63,991 bases of DNA, filler included, from Octopus bimaculoides (GCF_001194135.2; 6 parts of 6 records of this genome joined end to end with filler, not necessarily neighbours in it); one strand, 5' to 3'. Counted from the whole stretch's first letter, positions 32,101 to 45,299 are shown. Notes: generated by a model not told the origin, from the sequence alone. Made by a program: numbers and translations.

Positions 32101-32199
32101 GAAATATTGAAGAAATGGTTCCTCTGGTGGATAACTCCATGTCAATCTGTCATGTGTTTATATTTTATTGTTTTGTTTTGTTTTATTGTGGGGCTAAAG

Positions 32200-32650
32200 T
32201 ACAGGATGTCTAAAAAAATTTGATATCATTTTACAATCAAATAACATTACCAGTTTGTGTTCAAATGACTTCAAATTTTAACAGCATGTGTAGAAACAAG
32301 TCAAAATTTTATGTTTAATGTTTGATATGTTTATCTCTTCAGGTATAGAAATGGCATTCACTGGAAAAGAAAAGGCGTTGTGTGTGTTGGAGTATGCTCG
32401 AACACAGTCGAACAAGACTGTGTAGTGTGCATTTGTGAGAGAGTTCTCTAAAAAGTCACCAACAGCAATGCAGATTTGGACATGACATAAAAAATTCAGA
32501 GAAAGCTGTCTGTGCAGGGCAAAAGGATCTGAACGACTACTAACATCAGAAAAAAAAAATACTTCTTTACATATTTGTATCCATTGAAAAGGATTTATGG
32601 ATCAAGGTACAATGAAACTTTGTATTAAAGTGATCTGGATAATATAAACA
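32200..32650 (+). mobile_element. Tc1/mariner remnant with N-terminal HTH (DUF4817-like)
   Basis: TACAGGATGTC terminus; MAFTGKEKALCVLEYARTQSNKTV*..F..KSPT..I..*HKKFRE.CLC..KGS. Confidence 0.7.
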
Positions 32651-32689
32651 AGTGGAATATTGACTAAAAAAGGAACAAAATGCCTATAT

Positions 32690-33240
32690 TTGCATATGCT
32701 CTATTGATACTCCATTTCCCAGAAGCAATAAAGATGATGCAAGAAAATTCTTGAACAACACTAGTGATCATACTTGGTTGACTCACTTTTCTGTCACACC
32801 ATGAAGATACTTCTATAAACAAGCTCTTTCAATTCGAGAATGGAACAAATACATGAATGATTAAACTCAGCATTAAAATATTTTAACTGGATATATTGCA
32901 CAAGTATGCCATTAGGTTAAGACATCTTTGTCTGGAGTGAAAAAAGAGATTGTCATCAAATCTTTCAGGAAGCATGGTATTAATAATGTTCCAGATAATA
33001 TGAAAGATGAAGTGATTTATGAAGAAATCAAGATCACAAGTAAAGAAGAATTTCAAAGTTTCAAAGACAGCAGCAGTGAAAAAGAATTTGAAGGTTTCCA
33101 AGAAGTCAGTAGTAAAGATGTGATAAAGTTTTGAAGATAATAAAGATGGATAGTGAATGAAAATATAACTATATATCATTGTATTTATTCTTAATTTTAA
33201 ATATATCTGAGATAATCACTTTGCTATAGTGAATGTTTGG
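32690..33240 (+). mobile_element. pogo/Tigger-like (DDE_1) transposase C-terminal remnant
   Basis: TLVIILG*LT..DTSINKLF..EWNKYM..AQVCH*V..V..EIVIKSFRKHGINN..D..DE.IYE plus acidic tail. Confidence 0.7.
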
Positions 33241-34959
33241 CTTTTTTTCCACTTCTGTCAATTATATGAACTACTTTTTTTAGTTTTTTTCTTCCTAATT
33301 AAGTAATTTTTATCTGATATTTTCTTATCCGAAATTTCAAAACCACAGTATATTTTTTTCCACTAATGTAATTTATCTATAATACATTTCTGACATAAAA
33401 ATTCAAATATTTAGAAAAGGAACTAATTATTTACTTCTGTTTAAACATAATTGTTTTACTTCAAATTTAGGAATATGTTACAAATGAGTGTCTGCAAACA
33501 AGTATGATAGATATGTATATATATTCATGAGTATAGTCTCCTGTAGGATAAAGAAAATCATGTAATGAACTATTTTCAACTTCATAATTTTTTACTGCTT
33601 TTTATGGGTCACATTTTCTTTACTGATACTTGTCTGTGTGCAAGCCATGGATTCAATTCTACAACCACTATGACTTTGTCCACCTTTGGTTCTTTTTAAT
33701 AACCAACATATATTTGTGTGCTATTTTAAAGACTCAGCTACAATAATCACTAGACTTTTCATTAGTCTGGTTAGTTGTAAGGTGTAATTCTTAATGTGTC
33801 AACGTTTCAAAACAAGCTCATTTGTTTGTTGATTGTCAATTTACATAGCAAATACAAATCACACAGCCTCGGATCTCCACAAGTGTAGCTACAACTCACC
33901 TTTTGATGCTTACATTTCTTTTGGTGTTCATGTGTATTTTAATAAAGTTATTTTGTTCTGTTTATTTAAATTGTAAATGCTGTGGAAGCTGCTTTCCTGG
34001 TAACAGACTTCTTTGAATGGATTTTCTGTCAATACAATATAGGTGGTCTCTTTTCTTGTTGCCTGCTGTAATTCTGGCACAATATACAATAGCTTTCCAG
34101 TATTCACTGTTGAGTGACATAGCTGGAGTCAGACTCAAGCCGACCACAAAATAAATTTCTGCAGCCAAAGCAATTATTTGTTTGCATACAAGAATGCCAA
34201 TCATTGAAAATAAAACATTGTAGATTAGAACTGAGCAAATATTACATTTATTCAACAATATTCTTTAGCTGGCACGAAACCATGAAATATGTAATAATGC
34301 TGTGAAACAATAATACATACACATATCTGTGTGTATGTAGACACACACACACACACACACGCACACACGCACACAGATATATCATCATCATCATCAGTTA
34401 ACAATTTAACATCCATTTTCCATGTTGGCATGGATTGAACAGTTCAACAGGGGCTGGCAAGCCAAAGAGCTGCAAAAGACTCCAGTTGTCTATTTTGACA
34501 TGTTTTCTTTGGCTGGATACTCTTCCTAATGCCAATACACTTTACAGGGTGTACTCGATGCCAGTAGAGTTGCCAAGCAGCTTGCAAGACAAAAACCTCT
34601 CAGCTAACAGAGGGAAGAATGAAACTAAGAGGAGTGACCACGTGCCGTGCAAGAGGCTGGAATGATAGAAGGACAGAGATAGCTGATATACGTTGTGTGT
34701 GTGTGTGTGTGTTAATTTAAGTCACAATATATGGATTCAAGTAGTCTGGTTGTACTTATAAAAAAGTTCTGTAATGTATCATTATACAAAACATAGAATA
34801 CATAGTATGATACAAGAGAAAATGATAAGGAGGGCATTATTTTGAAGGATTTTCTACATTTAGCATTAATGCAGGCAATTATATTTATTATTAAATATAG
34901 TAATATAAATTATTTACATGTTTTTAAGTTATGAAACAATTTGTTGTGATATTAGAATT

Positions 34960-35671
34960 TCATTAATGCTGACTAAAGTTTCATCAAACCAACTCTATCA
35001 TTTCTGACTTTATATAGTTGCCATATTCCCTTCCATACTGGCTAACTCTGATAGAGAACAATCTCTCACGCGACTGTGCCCCACACATAATAATAAAGAG
35101 GGTTGCAGTCTTAGTAGTTGGGTGGCCAGATGTTAGGAGTGGTATGGCTGCAGAAATTGTCTGAAAGCCATGACTGAGTTCTCCTACTTGTGTGGCATGG
35201 TACAGAGTCCTGTTGCCAGACATAGGATCTTCCAGCAGGCACCCTCTTGACCCAGGGCAGCACTACCTCCTCCATGTAGGCCTCCGTGTTGAGGCTGAGG
35301 CCATGTAGGAAGATGAATAGAAGTATAACGTCACCATGACTAGTGATCACTCCAAATACCATGATGTTTACTGGATGTTTGATTTTTATCCCTCTCGGTA
35401 CATGTTTTGGAGACACGGCACAAAAACTCAGATTAACACTCAAACACTTTGAAATGTTTTTTTATTAGAGTTTCCAGCACAAATGCCAAGCAGCAAAGCA
35501 TGTCGTTTCCAAATATCTGGCAGAGTGAATTGCATCATGGTGCTGTTTTTCTCACAGATGGTGCCCAACTGACCCTACTATACTGTGTACTTGAGAAAAC
35601 CAAAGGCAAACAATGCGCATGCACAAAATTAAAAATACAAAATGGTGGCAATTTACCCATCACATCCTGTA
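34960..35671 (-). mobile_element. Internally deleted Tc1/mariner (maT, DD37D-type) element, copy 1
   Basis: WKRHALLLG HTH start joined to KHPVNIMVFGVI..WQQDSVPCHTSRRTQSWL..WPPN..DCNPL; TIR TACAGGATG at 35671; left end approximate. Confidence 0.82.
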
Positions 35672-36875
35672 TGTATGCTTGTATAGACTGACAGATAAAC
35701 AGACAGATAGATAGGTAGATAGATAAACAGATAGACAGATGGAGTGGTGCTGGCAATATAGATAGATATATACATACAAGTAGATATAGGAATGTTAATT
35801 TGGACAGCTAATTTTAATTCATTAAGAATTGTGTGTTATCTTGTGTAAAATCTTTATAAGATTGTAAAATATAAACAAAAATGAAAATGGAGAAATCTAA
35901 GAAATGTAATAAACTATTTATCCAAATAACTATTTGACTGAATGTGTTTTGTTTCTAATTTTCAAGTTTGTTTTAAAAATCTTATCAGCCAAAGTTTATA
36001 TTAAATTAAGCATTTAAATTACAAAATTATCAAATAAATAAATAAGACGAAAAAATTAAAAAGAAACTAATTATGAATGCTATAATTAAATTTTTAAAAT
36101 ATCACTTTAAATTTCCTTAAAATAATTTCTATTATTAGTATGATGGTATAAATGATTATATTAATTATTGCTGTGAGGCAAAATTTTAAGTTTATTCATG
36201 CAGATATAATGACATCACCAACAATGTTTGGCAAGATTTTAAAGAGTTTGTCACTTTCTTTTATACAGTAATTGACATTTCAAGTTTGATTGTAGAAATC
36301 TTACATTTTATCAAAAACATAAAAAGTGAGAGAAAGAGACAGAAAGTAAATGAAAAGAAAACAGTTTCTGGTTTAGCAGTGCAAGAAAAACTCAGTCCAT
36401 ATGTTCTGAATTTTATATGATCTTCACTAAAATTTGAACTTTCTTTGTATATGTATTTATTATGAACAAAGAGGATGGGTGATTAACTGACAAAATGGTT
36501 AGCATGTAAGATAAAAGGAGATGAATTGCTTACTGGTGTTTCTTCAAGCTGTACATTCTGAGTTCAAATTCTGCCTTTAGCTAAGTGCAGTTCAGTAGAC
36601 ATGAGGCAGAAAAGTAAACAATTAAATACATAAACAACCTATTAATTTCAAGTCATAAATACAGGGGTAGCTGAAGGTATCGGCAAATAAAGCCATCACC
36701 CATGGTCTCATGTGCTTGGGGCACCATGTCAAGTATGTGGATCTTTGAAATAAAAAAGAGAAAATTAAAATCATGAAAATAACTGAAATAAACCTTTATT
36801 CCTATATTTAATAAATTGTAGTGAGTGGATTTGGTAGAAGCTGAAAGAAGCCAGTCATATACAGATGTGTGTGTA

Positions 36876-36913
<38 letters not shown>

Positions 36914-36953
36914 TGTGTGTGTGTGTGCGTGTGCACACGTGTGTGTGGATATG

Positions 36954-37800
36954 TACAGGATGCGGTGAATAAACAGTCATCTAAATTACACAAAAATGAA
37001 AACATCACTGATATCTCATTTTAATAAATATATTTATCAAAATTACATAAAAGTATCTTGAAATACTAAGCAGCAAATTAATTCAATAAAATCGTCATTG
37101 GCTTCAACCATGACCTCCAGACAACTTCGGAATCTCCTGCAACTCTTTTGGACAGTCTGCTTGTTTAAGTTGGTGAATGCTGCCATAATCCTTGCATCCA
37201 GCTCATCTTTGGTGTTACAAGGAGTTTTGTTGGTCTCTCACTCAACTGCACCCCACACAATAATCAAAGGAGTTGCAGTCTGGGTAATTGGGTGACCAGA
37301 TGTTGGGCGTTACTTAGTCGCAGAAATTATCTGACAGCCATGACTGGGTTCTCCTACTTGTGTAGCATGGTGCAGAGTCCTGTTGCCAGGCATAGGGTCT
37401 TCCAGCAAGCACCCTCTTGATTCAGGGCAGCACAACCTCCTCCAGGCACTTGATATAGGCCTCTGTGTTGAGTCTGAGGCTGTGTTGGAAGATTAATGGA
37501 AGGAAGCATAACGTCACTGTCACTAGTGATCACTCCAAACACCATGATGTTGACTGGATGCTTGATTTTTATCCCTCTCAGTACATGTTTTGCAGACACA
37601 GCAAACTCTCAGACTGACACCCAAACACTCTGAAATATTCATATTGGTGCTTCCAACACAAATGCCAAGCAGTACAGCATATCGTTTCCAATAGAGGGCT
37701 TTAAAACATTCGGACAGATAAATGTTACAAAGGTGGATAAGAAAAACAACAATTAGGACAGGCAAAAAAGGTCGGGTCATTTTTGGCTTTCTTTCATCAG
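36954..37800 (-). mobile_element. Internally deleted maT-type element, copy 2
   Basis: Same structure as copy 1; 37 codons between the QD aspartate and the NSFD aspartate; TIR TACAGGATG at 36954; right end approximate. Confidence 0.82.
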
Positions 37801-38351
37801 TCAAGTCCCAGAAGTCACAACCATTTCAGGCAGTTACACTTGAGATTGTTCGATCTGGTTGCCCCCCTCAAAAGTCTAAGCTAAGAGCATTAGACCCCTT
37901 TGTAAGAAAGCTAGTGAATGTGTACAGCAACAAAGACAAAAAGCAAACACACAAAAAAAAATGGAGAACATGGTACACAATTACGAATACAAACAACAAG
38001 AAATAACAACAGACGTCTAGACAGAATGAGATAACAGATCCAAGACTGTGAGGAGTTTTCAGGACATTTATAATGAAATAGTCTTCCAGCTGTTTTTGAG
38101 ATATTATGGGTATCCCTTCATCAGAGATGGCATGAGAAAATATTTGAGTTCGAATTATTGTGGAAGAGGAGGAGATAGGGAATATAGAGAAAAATAAGAG
38201 AATGAAAGTAGAAATAAGATATATAAAGATATTGTAGTTGCAGTTCCATTATTCAAAGAAAATGGCGTATAGAAGTAGTAAAAATGTTTCCTGTACATGG
38301 TATGTAAATTCCAATAGCAGTTCATGTTTAGTCATTTCAAAGTATGGAGTC

Positions 38352-38382
<31 letters not shown>

Positions 38383-38442
38383 NNNNNNNNNNNNNNNNNN
38401 NNNNNNNNNNNNNNNNNNNNNNNNNNNNNNNNNNNATATATA

Positions 38443-38718
38443 TAAACTTAGATAAACTTAGATATGTTTCGACCAAAGATTGGTCCAAGCCATGTCTGAC
38501 TTAATAGCACCACCTGATAGGATTATCTAAATCCTTTTTAAGTCAAGTTTTGTGGTACCATGGTCCATATGAGTAGGGAGTTCTTGTTGAGTGAGTTGTA
38601 TCCAGGTATAGGTGGCTTGTCTGGTATTCCTTGAAGAAATTTGTCCAGATTCCATTTAAAGGTAATGGGATACTTTTCCTCTTTAATCTGTTTTGGGACA
38701 ATGTTAAATAGGGCATCT
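38443..38718 (-). mobile_element. 3' end of a CR1/L2-group LINE
   Basis: ALFNIVPKQIK...FKWNLDKFLQGIPDKPPIPGYNS..NSL, short UTR, tandem CTAAGTTTAT tail; clade assignment approximate. Confidence 0.75.
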
Positions 38719-38719
38719 A

Positions 38720-39200
38720 CCTCACCAAACATGAATGGACCACTACTGTCTCTCCCTCCCTCTGACCACAGCCATCCTGAATCTCCTGATCCTATGCATT
38801 TATTCCCTGGTCCTCGGCAGGCCCCTTCGGCTTTTCTCTTGGGCTTCCACCAATTGGAAATATGGAGCACCCTGTGGGTCACGTGTCTCCAGTTGGCCTA
38901 AACTCGCAATTTAACATACTTCCTTTGGCTAAGCAAAATTCAAATCTGGCCCTACAGAGAGCTGGTAACACAAACCAATTTCAGCTTGAAATGAATGCCC
39001 CTTCAAATTCTGGTAGCAAACCTCCTCCCAGCTATGTACAGTGAACAAAACAAAAGTGGTAAGATATGGATGAGATTTACAAGAACCTGCATCCAACTCC
39101 ATCACCTCAACAGCTAAATTTCCTCAATGCATTGGAAGGACAAGAATTAAGGAGAACAAAATGTATGAAATACAGCATATTGAGAACCATGTTCTATTTT
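38720..39200 (+). pseudogene. Decayed BCL9/legless-like coding fragment
   Basis: One frame reads LGLPPIGNMEHPVGHVSPVG...LQRAG...KPPPSYVQ*TKQKW*DMDEIYKNLHPTPSPQQLNFLNALEGQEL. It resembles a remembered protostome BCL9 motif PPPSY..KRKR..D.Y.NLQP.PSPQQ..YLN.FEGQELTI. The identity is from memory only. Confidence 0.5.
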
Positions 39201-39763
39201 GTGACAGTAAGATCAACAAAAGATTTCTTCTAAAAAACTTTTGGAAAAGGCAACATCCTGCTGCAACAATTCCCCAGCCAATAGTGGCTTTAATTACGAA
39301 TTAATTTACAACCCCTGTAGTAATTATATGAATAACAAGAATAGGAGAATAATCTGGTTTCCTCCACAGACACACGCACTTAGGTAAGAGATCCCTGTCT
39401 CTCTTAGACAAATAGTTTCCAATAAACCATAGGTACAACCAACTATTCAACAGGTGCTCAGTCAAATTATCATATAGCTGCTGCCTCAGTGTGAAGAGCA
39501 TCATTACATGCAATCACCACAACAATTGTAACTGTTGAGGCCCAGGAGTTGCACCAAGTTCCAATCTGACTAGGCATGGTTTCTATGACTGGATGCCCTT
39601 CCTAACACCAACCACTCAAAGAGTGTAATGGGTGCTTTTTACATGCCACTGGCAAGGGTAATTCTTACATGCCACCAACACAGGTGCCATTTATATGACA
39701 TATATTCATGCAAATAATAAATAGAAAGATTTTATTCCTGGTGTCACTTGATATTCTAAGTGC

Positions 39764-39947
39764 TTAACCCATTCGTTACCAGCCCAGCTGAAACCAGCTC
39801 TGGTTCTGTAGTACAAAAGTTTTGTTTTCATAAGTTTTAACTTAAAATCTTCCACCAAACCTTAGTCACAATTTATGTTCCTAACGCTAGCTGAATGATA
39901 ACTAAGTTATTTTACTAAATTCTTTGTTATATTTAAGATTAATTGAA
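39764..39947. mobile_element. piggyBac-like non-autonomous element end
   Basis: Begins TTAA-CCCATTCG; a diverged reverse-complement relative at about 59440-59619 ends AAAGGG-TTAA. Confidence 0.55.
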
Positions 39948-40473
39948 AGGACCTTCGAACGTTGGGCCTCAAAGAGGCAATGGCAAAAGACCAAGACATC
40001 TGGAGATATGCTGTGACTGCGAAGACCTGGCAAATAAAGTGAGTTCATGGCTGTATCCTACACCAGTTTTGCATAATCAGCCCCAGCCCATTCAAAAGTA
40101 CTTTGGATTGTAGGACGACCTGCTGTGCTTGAGGAGACCTATTGAGTAAAGTACATCAACATCAAAATAAAAATCAAATGGAAATTGTAATTGTGATACC
40201 TGTGCCGGTGGCACCTTGACTGGCTCTCATGCTGGTGGCACGTAAAAAGCACCAACTGATCATGGCCGTTGCCAGCCTCCTCTGGCCCCTGTGCCGGTGG
40301 CACATAAAAAGCACCCACTACACTCATGGAGTGGTTGGCGTTAGGAAGGGCAACCAGCTGTAGAAACACTGCCAGATCAGATTGGAGCCTGGTGCAGCCT
40401 CATGGCTTCCCAAACCCCGGTTGAACCGTCCAACCCATATAGCATGGAAAACGGACGTTAAACGATGATGATG
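39947..40473 (+). mobile_element. 5'-truncated RTE-clade LINE: RT C-terminus plus 3' UTR
   Basis: DLRTLGLKEAMAKDQDIWRYAV followed by a UTR with GTGCCGGTGGCAC subrepeats and a GACGTTAAAC(GAT)n tail. The UTR recurs at about 16985-17250(-), 25750-25910, 28285-28498, 28885-29099, 30580-30700, 44952-45300 and 49980-50178(-). Confidence 0.8.
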
Positions 40474-41089
40474 AAACACAGTGCATCTCAAAATGAATAC
40501 AGATATGAAAGGGTTAAAGTGATGATGCTCTTCAACTTTCTTAAACAATGCAAAGTGTACATTAAATCAACAGCTGGGTTCCATTCTTACATTCAAAGAC
40601 ATCTATACTCAATTGCTTATACTCTCATTCTTGAAACATTTGAACTTGCAGTGAGATAACTAGAATGAGAAACTACACCCATATGTTGCAGAATGTGAAT
40701 CAGCTGAAGCTACTTATCATTGACATTCAGACTACTCCAAAGATAATACAATAGATATTCAAATATATGAATATATGAGTTGAAATGTGACATTTAACTT
40801 CAGGTTTGTAATTTGCGAACTTCATTATTCCACTTTGAACTAATTACTTTCCTTTGATTAGTATCAATTAAAGGTGAGTAATTGTTTTGTGCTGATTGTC
40901 ATCTGGTAGCTTTTAAGTTATGCCATCTCTTTAACTACTCTTGAATCTTTTATTTAATTTTACTAACTACTGTTTTGCCTAGTATTAAATTACCTCCTCC
41001 CTTTTAGAATTCAATGGTCACGTTCCAATTATCTCCCCCTTTTATTTTCTGCTTTTAATATCTTCAGTCTTAAATTTGATTTCATTTAG

Positions 41090-41545
41090 TTTGGAGAAGA
41101 AGAAGAAGAAGAAGAAGAAGAAGAAGAAGAAGAAGAAGAAGAAGAAGAAGNNNNNNNNNNNNNNNNNNNNNNNNNNNNNNNNNNNNNNNNNNNNNNNNNN
41201 NNNNNNNNNNNNNNNNNNNNNNNNNNNNNNNNNNNNNNNNNNNNNNNNNNNNNNNNNNNNNNNNNNNNNNNNNNNNNNNNNNNNNNNNNNNNNNNNNNNN
41301 NNNNNNNNNNNNNNNNNNNNNNNNNNNNNNNNNNNNNNNNNNNNNNNNNNNNNNNNNNNNAAGGAGGGAGGAGAGTAAGGGGAGGAGGAGAGTAAGGTGG
41401 GAGGGGGAGTAAGGAGGGAGGAGGAGGGTAAGGGAAGGGTAAGGAAGGAGAAGAAGAAGAAGAAGAAGAAGAAGAAGAAAGTGAGGAAGTGGTGGCAGCA
41501 GTGGTAGTGGCTCTACCCCCTCCTCCTCCTTCTCCTCCTTTTATT
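41090..41545. repeat. (GAA)n and purine-rich repeats around a gap
   Basis: Visible directly. Confidence 0.9.
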
Positions 41546-41559
41546 TCCTGAATAGGTCA

Positions 41560-41900
41560 ATCTCCTAACAAATAGCTGATGTCTTAGATTGCATTATCAT
41601 AGATGTTGCTGACTACTATACAAATTTCACCCATTTTAATTAGATGAAAGGCACACATAACTGTTCCCTTTAGTGTGCTTAGTCAAGATCTTTTGCACTG
41701 TCATCAGTTATGCACAATTCCCATTCATAACAAGAGATTGTGAAATGTTTTCTTGAAGTGGTCATTTAAATCTGGTGGTTTTTGGGATTCCTTTTCGTAG
41801 AAGAATGGTTTTATACATAGCTGGCTTTCTTCTGAGACAGCATCAGTGCATTCCTTAATCAATAACTTCTCAGAATAGCAGAAGATTGGTGTTCACGTAA
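41560..41900 (-). mobile_element. Possible hAT (SPIN/GTF2IRD2-like) transposase remnant
   Basis: YSEKLLIKECTDAVSEE and downstream SNIYDNA / QLFVR resemble FSDGEFIKEC and STDITDTAQL.IFIRG; very decayed. Confidence 0.35.
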
Positions 41901-42384
41901 TTGAAAGATAGTGCAACAGTTTATACAGGAGTGAGAGATGAAGATGTAGACAGAAGGGAAACAGAGAGAGAGAGAAAGAGACGGGGGGGGGAAGAAAGAA
42001 GATAAAAAGAAAGCCAGATGGATATAGAAAAGTAGACAGGCTGGTAAACAGACTACTCAGGAGTGCATAGATGTCTGTAGTGGAAGATCATTATCTATTG
42101 ACATCTTAATTAAATTCTGCATTAAGTGAAGTTTTTATAAAGAAACTAGGAACAAGTATGATAGAGTTTTATATCCATTTTTCGCTTGTAACATAGATGA
42201 GATTCTTTTGTGAGTGAAAATGTGAAGATATGAATGCAACTGGATCAAATATAGAAAACAAAGCAAAGTTTGAATCCTTCATCATGTATACAGAAATCTA
42301 ACATCGTAATTTCACTCTCAGTCAGCTTAATATTAATATATTAGTGTAAGCATATTTATTACAGAAAATAACAAAAGATTTATT

Positions 42385-42555
42385 GGTGTAGGAGTAGCTG
42401 TGTGGTAAGTGGCTTGCTTACCAACCACATGGTACCAGGTTCAGTCCCACTGTGTGGCACCTTGGGCAAGTGACTTCTGCTATAGCCTCGGGCCAACCAA
42501 AGCTTTGTGAGTGGATTTGGTAGATGGAAACTGAAAGAAGCTCGTTGTATATATG

Positions 42556-42586
<31 letters not shown>

Positions 42587-42811
42587 ATGTGTTTGTATGT
42601 CTGTGTTTGTCCCCCCAACACTGCTTGACAACCGATGCTGGTGTGTTTCGATCCCGTAACTTAGCGGTTCGGCAAAAGAGACCGATAGAATAAGTACTAG
42701 GCTTACATAGAATAAGTCCTGGGGTTGATTTGCTCGACTAAAGGAGGTGCTCCAGCTTGGCCACAGTCAAATGACTGAAACAAGTAAAAGAGTAAAAGAG
42801 TAAAGAGTAAA
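42385..42811 (+). mobile_element. Full-length tRNA-derived CORE-like SINE, the commonest family here
   Basis: A box (TAGCTGTGTGGT), B box (GGTTCAGTCCC), CORE-like GGCACCTTGGGCAAG, internal (TA)/(TG) tract, tail ending (GTAAAAGA)n. Further copies near 2085-2450(-), 5390-5730(-), 21580-21870, 22600-22840, 23050-23610(-), 29100-29270(-), 45300-45450(-), 51270-51640, 54370-55530, 56350-56670, 60050-60250. Confidence 0.85.
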
Positions 42812-44624
42812 ACAATTAAGTAAGATATCATTAAAATAATATTATTCAAAGTCCTGATATACCTCGGCATTTCTGTGAAGTTAAGATGCTTACTTTACAA
42901 CCGCATGATTCTGGTTCTGATTTCATTCAATGGCCTTTTTGAGAGGAATTTGGTAGAGGAAAAGTCTGTTGAAACCCTTTCTTTGTATAATTAAAAACCA
43001 TTTAGGAGCTTCCAGTGCTAAAGGAATGTCATCTTTTCTTCACTGAATAATTTGTCTTTCCTTAGCTTTTTTGATTTTCACTCATTTAAATTCTTAAATA
43101 TCTTTTTTCTTTTATTACATATCTTTTATCTTGTTTCAGTCATTGGACAGCAGCCATGCTGAGACATGTCTTGAAGAAATTAAATGAACAAATCAACCCC
43201 CAAGTTAGCCATTGTTTTATGTGTAGCTGTCTCTCTGTGTAATACATATCAGTCATTTAATATTATAAATATACTAAATTTTCATACCTATTCATATACA
43301 TTATTGTACACCTACTTAGTTAGTCTCTTATCTCTAATTCTGCAAGTACAGTGAAGTCTATACTTCACTGAGGAGAGCTAATAAAACCAAAAACATGTCC
43401 AGAGCTGTCTCTCACACTAACTCAAACAATTAAAATAATATCTGTTATTGAGGTAACATTATTGGTTTTTCACTACATAATTATCTCTAATAACAATTTT
43501 GATTCTCACTACATCAAATATTACCACCACTACCACTACCATCATCATTAACCGTTAACGTTTGTTTTTTCCATGCTGGCATGATTTTGGATGTTTGGCG
43601 GGAAGTAGCAATTCAGAAAATTGTGCCAAGCTCTCTGCTGTATGCTTTGGTATGGTTTCTGCAGCTGGATGTCCTTCCTAATGCCAAATTATATATGCTA
43701 ACACTGAATCAAAAATTACATTAGTGTGTAGTAAGTCAGTCGGTTAGTTGGTCGGCTGGTTGGTTTGTTGGTTGATTGGGTGGGTGGGTGACTTGGTTGG
43801 TTTGCTGCTATGTGAGTGTGCTATCCAGAGCAGCTACAAAAGAAACCATTGCACATATAGAATTTGATTCCCAGACTCCAAAAATCATTTCATAGAATCA
43901 AACGCTAAAAGCATCATACAGAGACACCTTTTTGATATTTTCTCTTTGTCCCCTAAAGAAGACTGATGAATAATGTTAGAATCTCTCCTGAATTACCATT
44001 AACACATTAAACACGCCAAAAAAACAAAATAAAATAAAATAAAACATATAAACACTTAGAAGGCAATACATACAATAGAAACAACCAAACTTTACATTCC
44101 AGTCTATCAGAAACCAGTTACATTCAATCAACAACATCATACGAGAGAACAAAAAATTTCAGAGGAAAGGCTTTGAGGAATAATATTGAAACTGCATATG
44201 TGAAATGCTAAACTAACAATTGTCTTTAAGCTCCACTATGGTGGTCAGTCAAAAGGAACAAATAGAAAACAAATACTGCCATGATATAAATGTACTGCTG
44301 CTATATTATCAAATATTTAAGAATCCATTGTCCCACAGTGACTAACTAATATGCCGTCTGTATTGCTGGAAACTATACATGTCTGTTTCCCAGTATGTCT
44401 GTGTATCTATTATGTTCTATTCATTTATCTGTATGTCAGTCTAGTCTGTCTGTCTATCCATTCATCTGTCCATCCGTCTCTATCTATTTATCTTTCTACC
44501 TGCCTTCTATCAGTCTGTTTGTTTGTATATCTCTCTCTGTGCCTTATTGACTGTCTATCTATCTATCTACTCATTCACCTATCTCTTTCTCTCTTTTTCT
44601 CTCTGTCTATCTATCTGTAGAGGT

Positions 44625-44851
44625 CTGGAGATGCCACTACGATAGATTGCTTAATAAAAAGAATGAATGGGAGAAAGAGAGCCTGCCGTATGTCGACCCG
44701 ACAGAGGGACCAGCTATCCGAGTTGACAGTACCAGGGTAGATAAAGCAATTAAGAGTATGAAGACAGGGAAAACCCCCGGCCCATCAGGAATCACTGCAG
44801 AGATGCTCAAAATATCTGGCAGTGTTGGCTACAGCCTAGTCACCCGTATTA
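44625..44851 (+). mobile_element. RTE LINE ORF2 fragment (start of RT region)
   Basis: HYDRLLNKKNEWEKESLP..DPTEGP...VDKAIKSMKTGKTPGPSGITAEMLK; cut by the artificial linker. Confidence 0.88.
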
Positions 44852-44951
44852 NNNNNNNNNNNNNNNNNNNNNNNNNNNNNNNNNNNNNNNNNNNNTTAAT
44901 TAATTAANNNNNNNNNNNNNNNNNNNNNNNNNNNNNNNNNNNNNNNNNNNN
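44852..44951. other. Artificial contig spacer
   Basis: N44-TTAATTAATTAA-N44. Confidence 0.95.
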
Positions 44952-45260
44952 GTTGCCAGTGCCCCTGGGCTGGCTCTTGTGCGGGTGGCACATAAAAGAC
45001 ACCATTTTGTGCGTGGCCGTTGCCAGTACCGCCTGACTGGCCTTCGTAGGATTTTCAAGTGAGATCGTTGCCAGTGCCCCCTCTGGACTGGCTCTTGTGC
45101 GGGTGGCACATGAAAGACACCATTTTGAGCGTGGACGTTGCCAGTACCGCCTGACTGGCCTTCGTGCCAAATTAAATTGGAGCCTGGTGTTGCCATCCGG
45201 TTTCACCAGTCCTAAGTCAAATCGTCCAACCCATGCTAGCCTGGAAAGCGGACGTTAAAC

Positions 45261-45299
<39 letters not shown>

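Noticed and set aside
31866-32223. Long ORFs on both strands with poly-Ser/Gly/Asn/Pro/His
   Set aside because: Products of compound trinucleotide repeats; no splice or domain support.
33890-34260. Possible minus-strand exon or SWIM/MULE remnant
   Set aside because: One donor-like site and a loose Cys pattern only; no partner exons.
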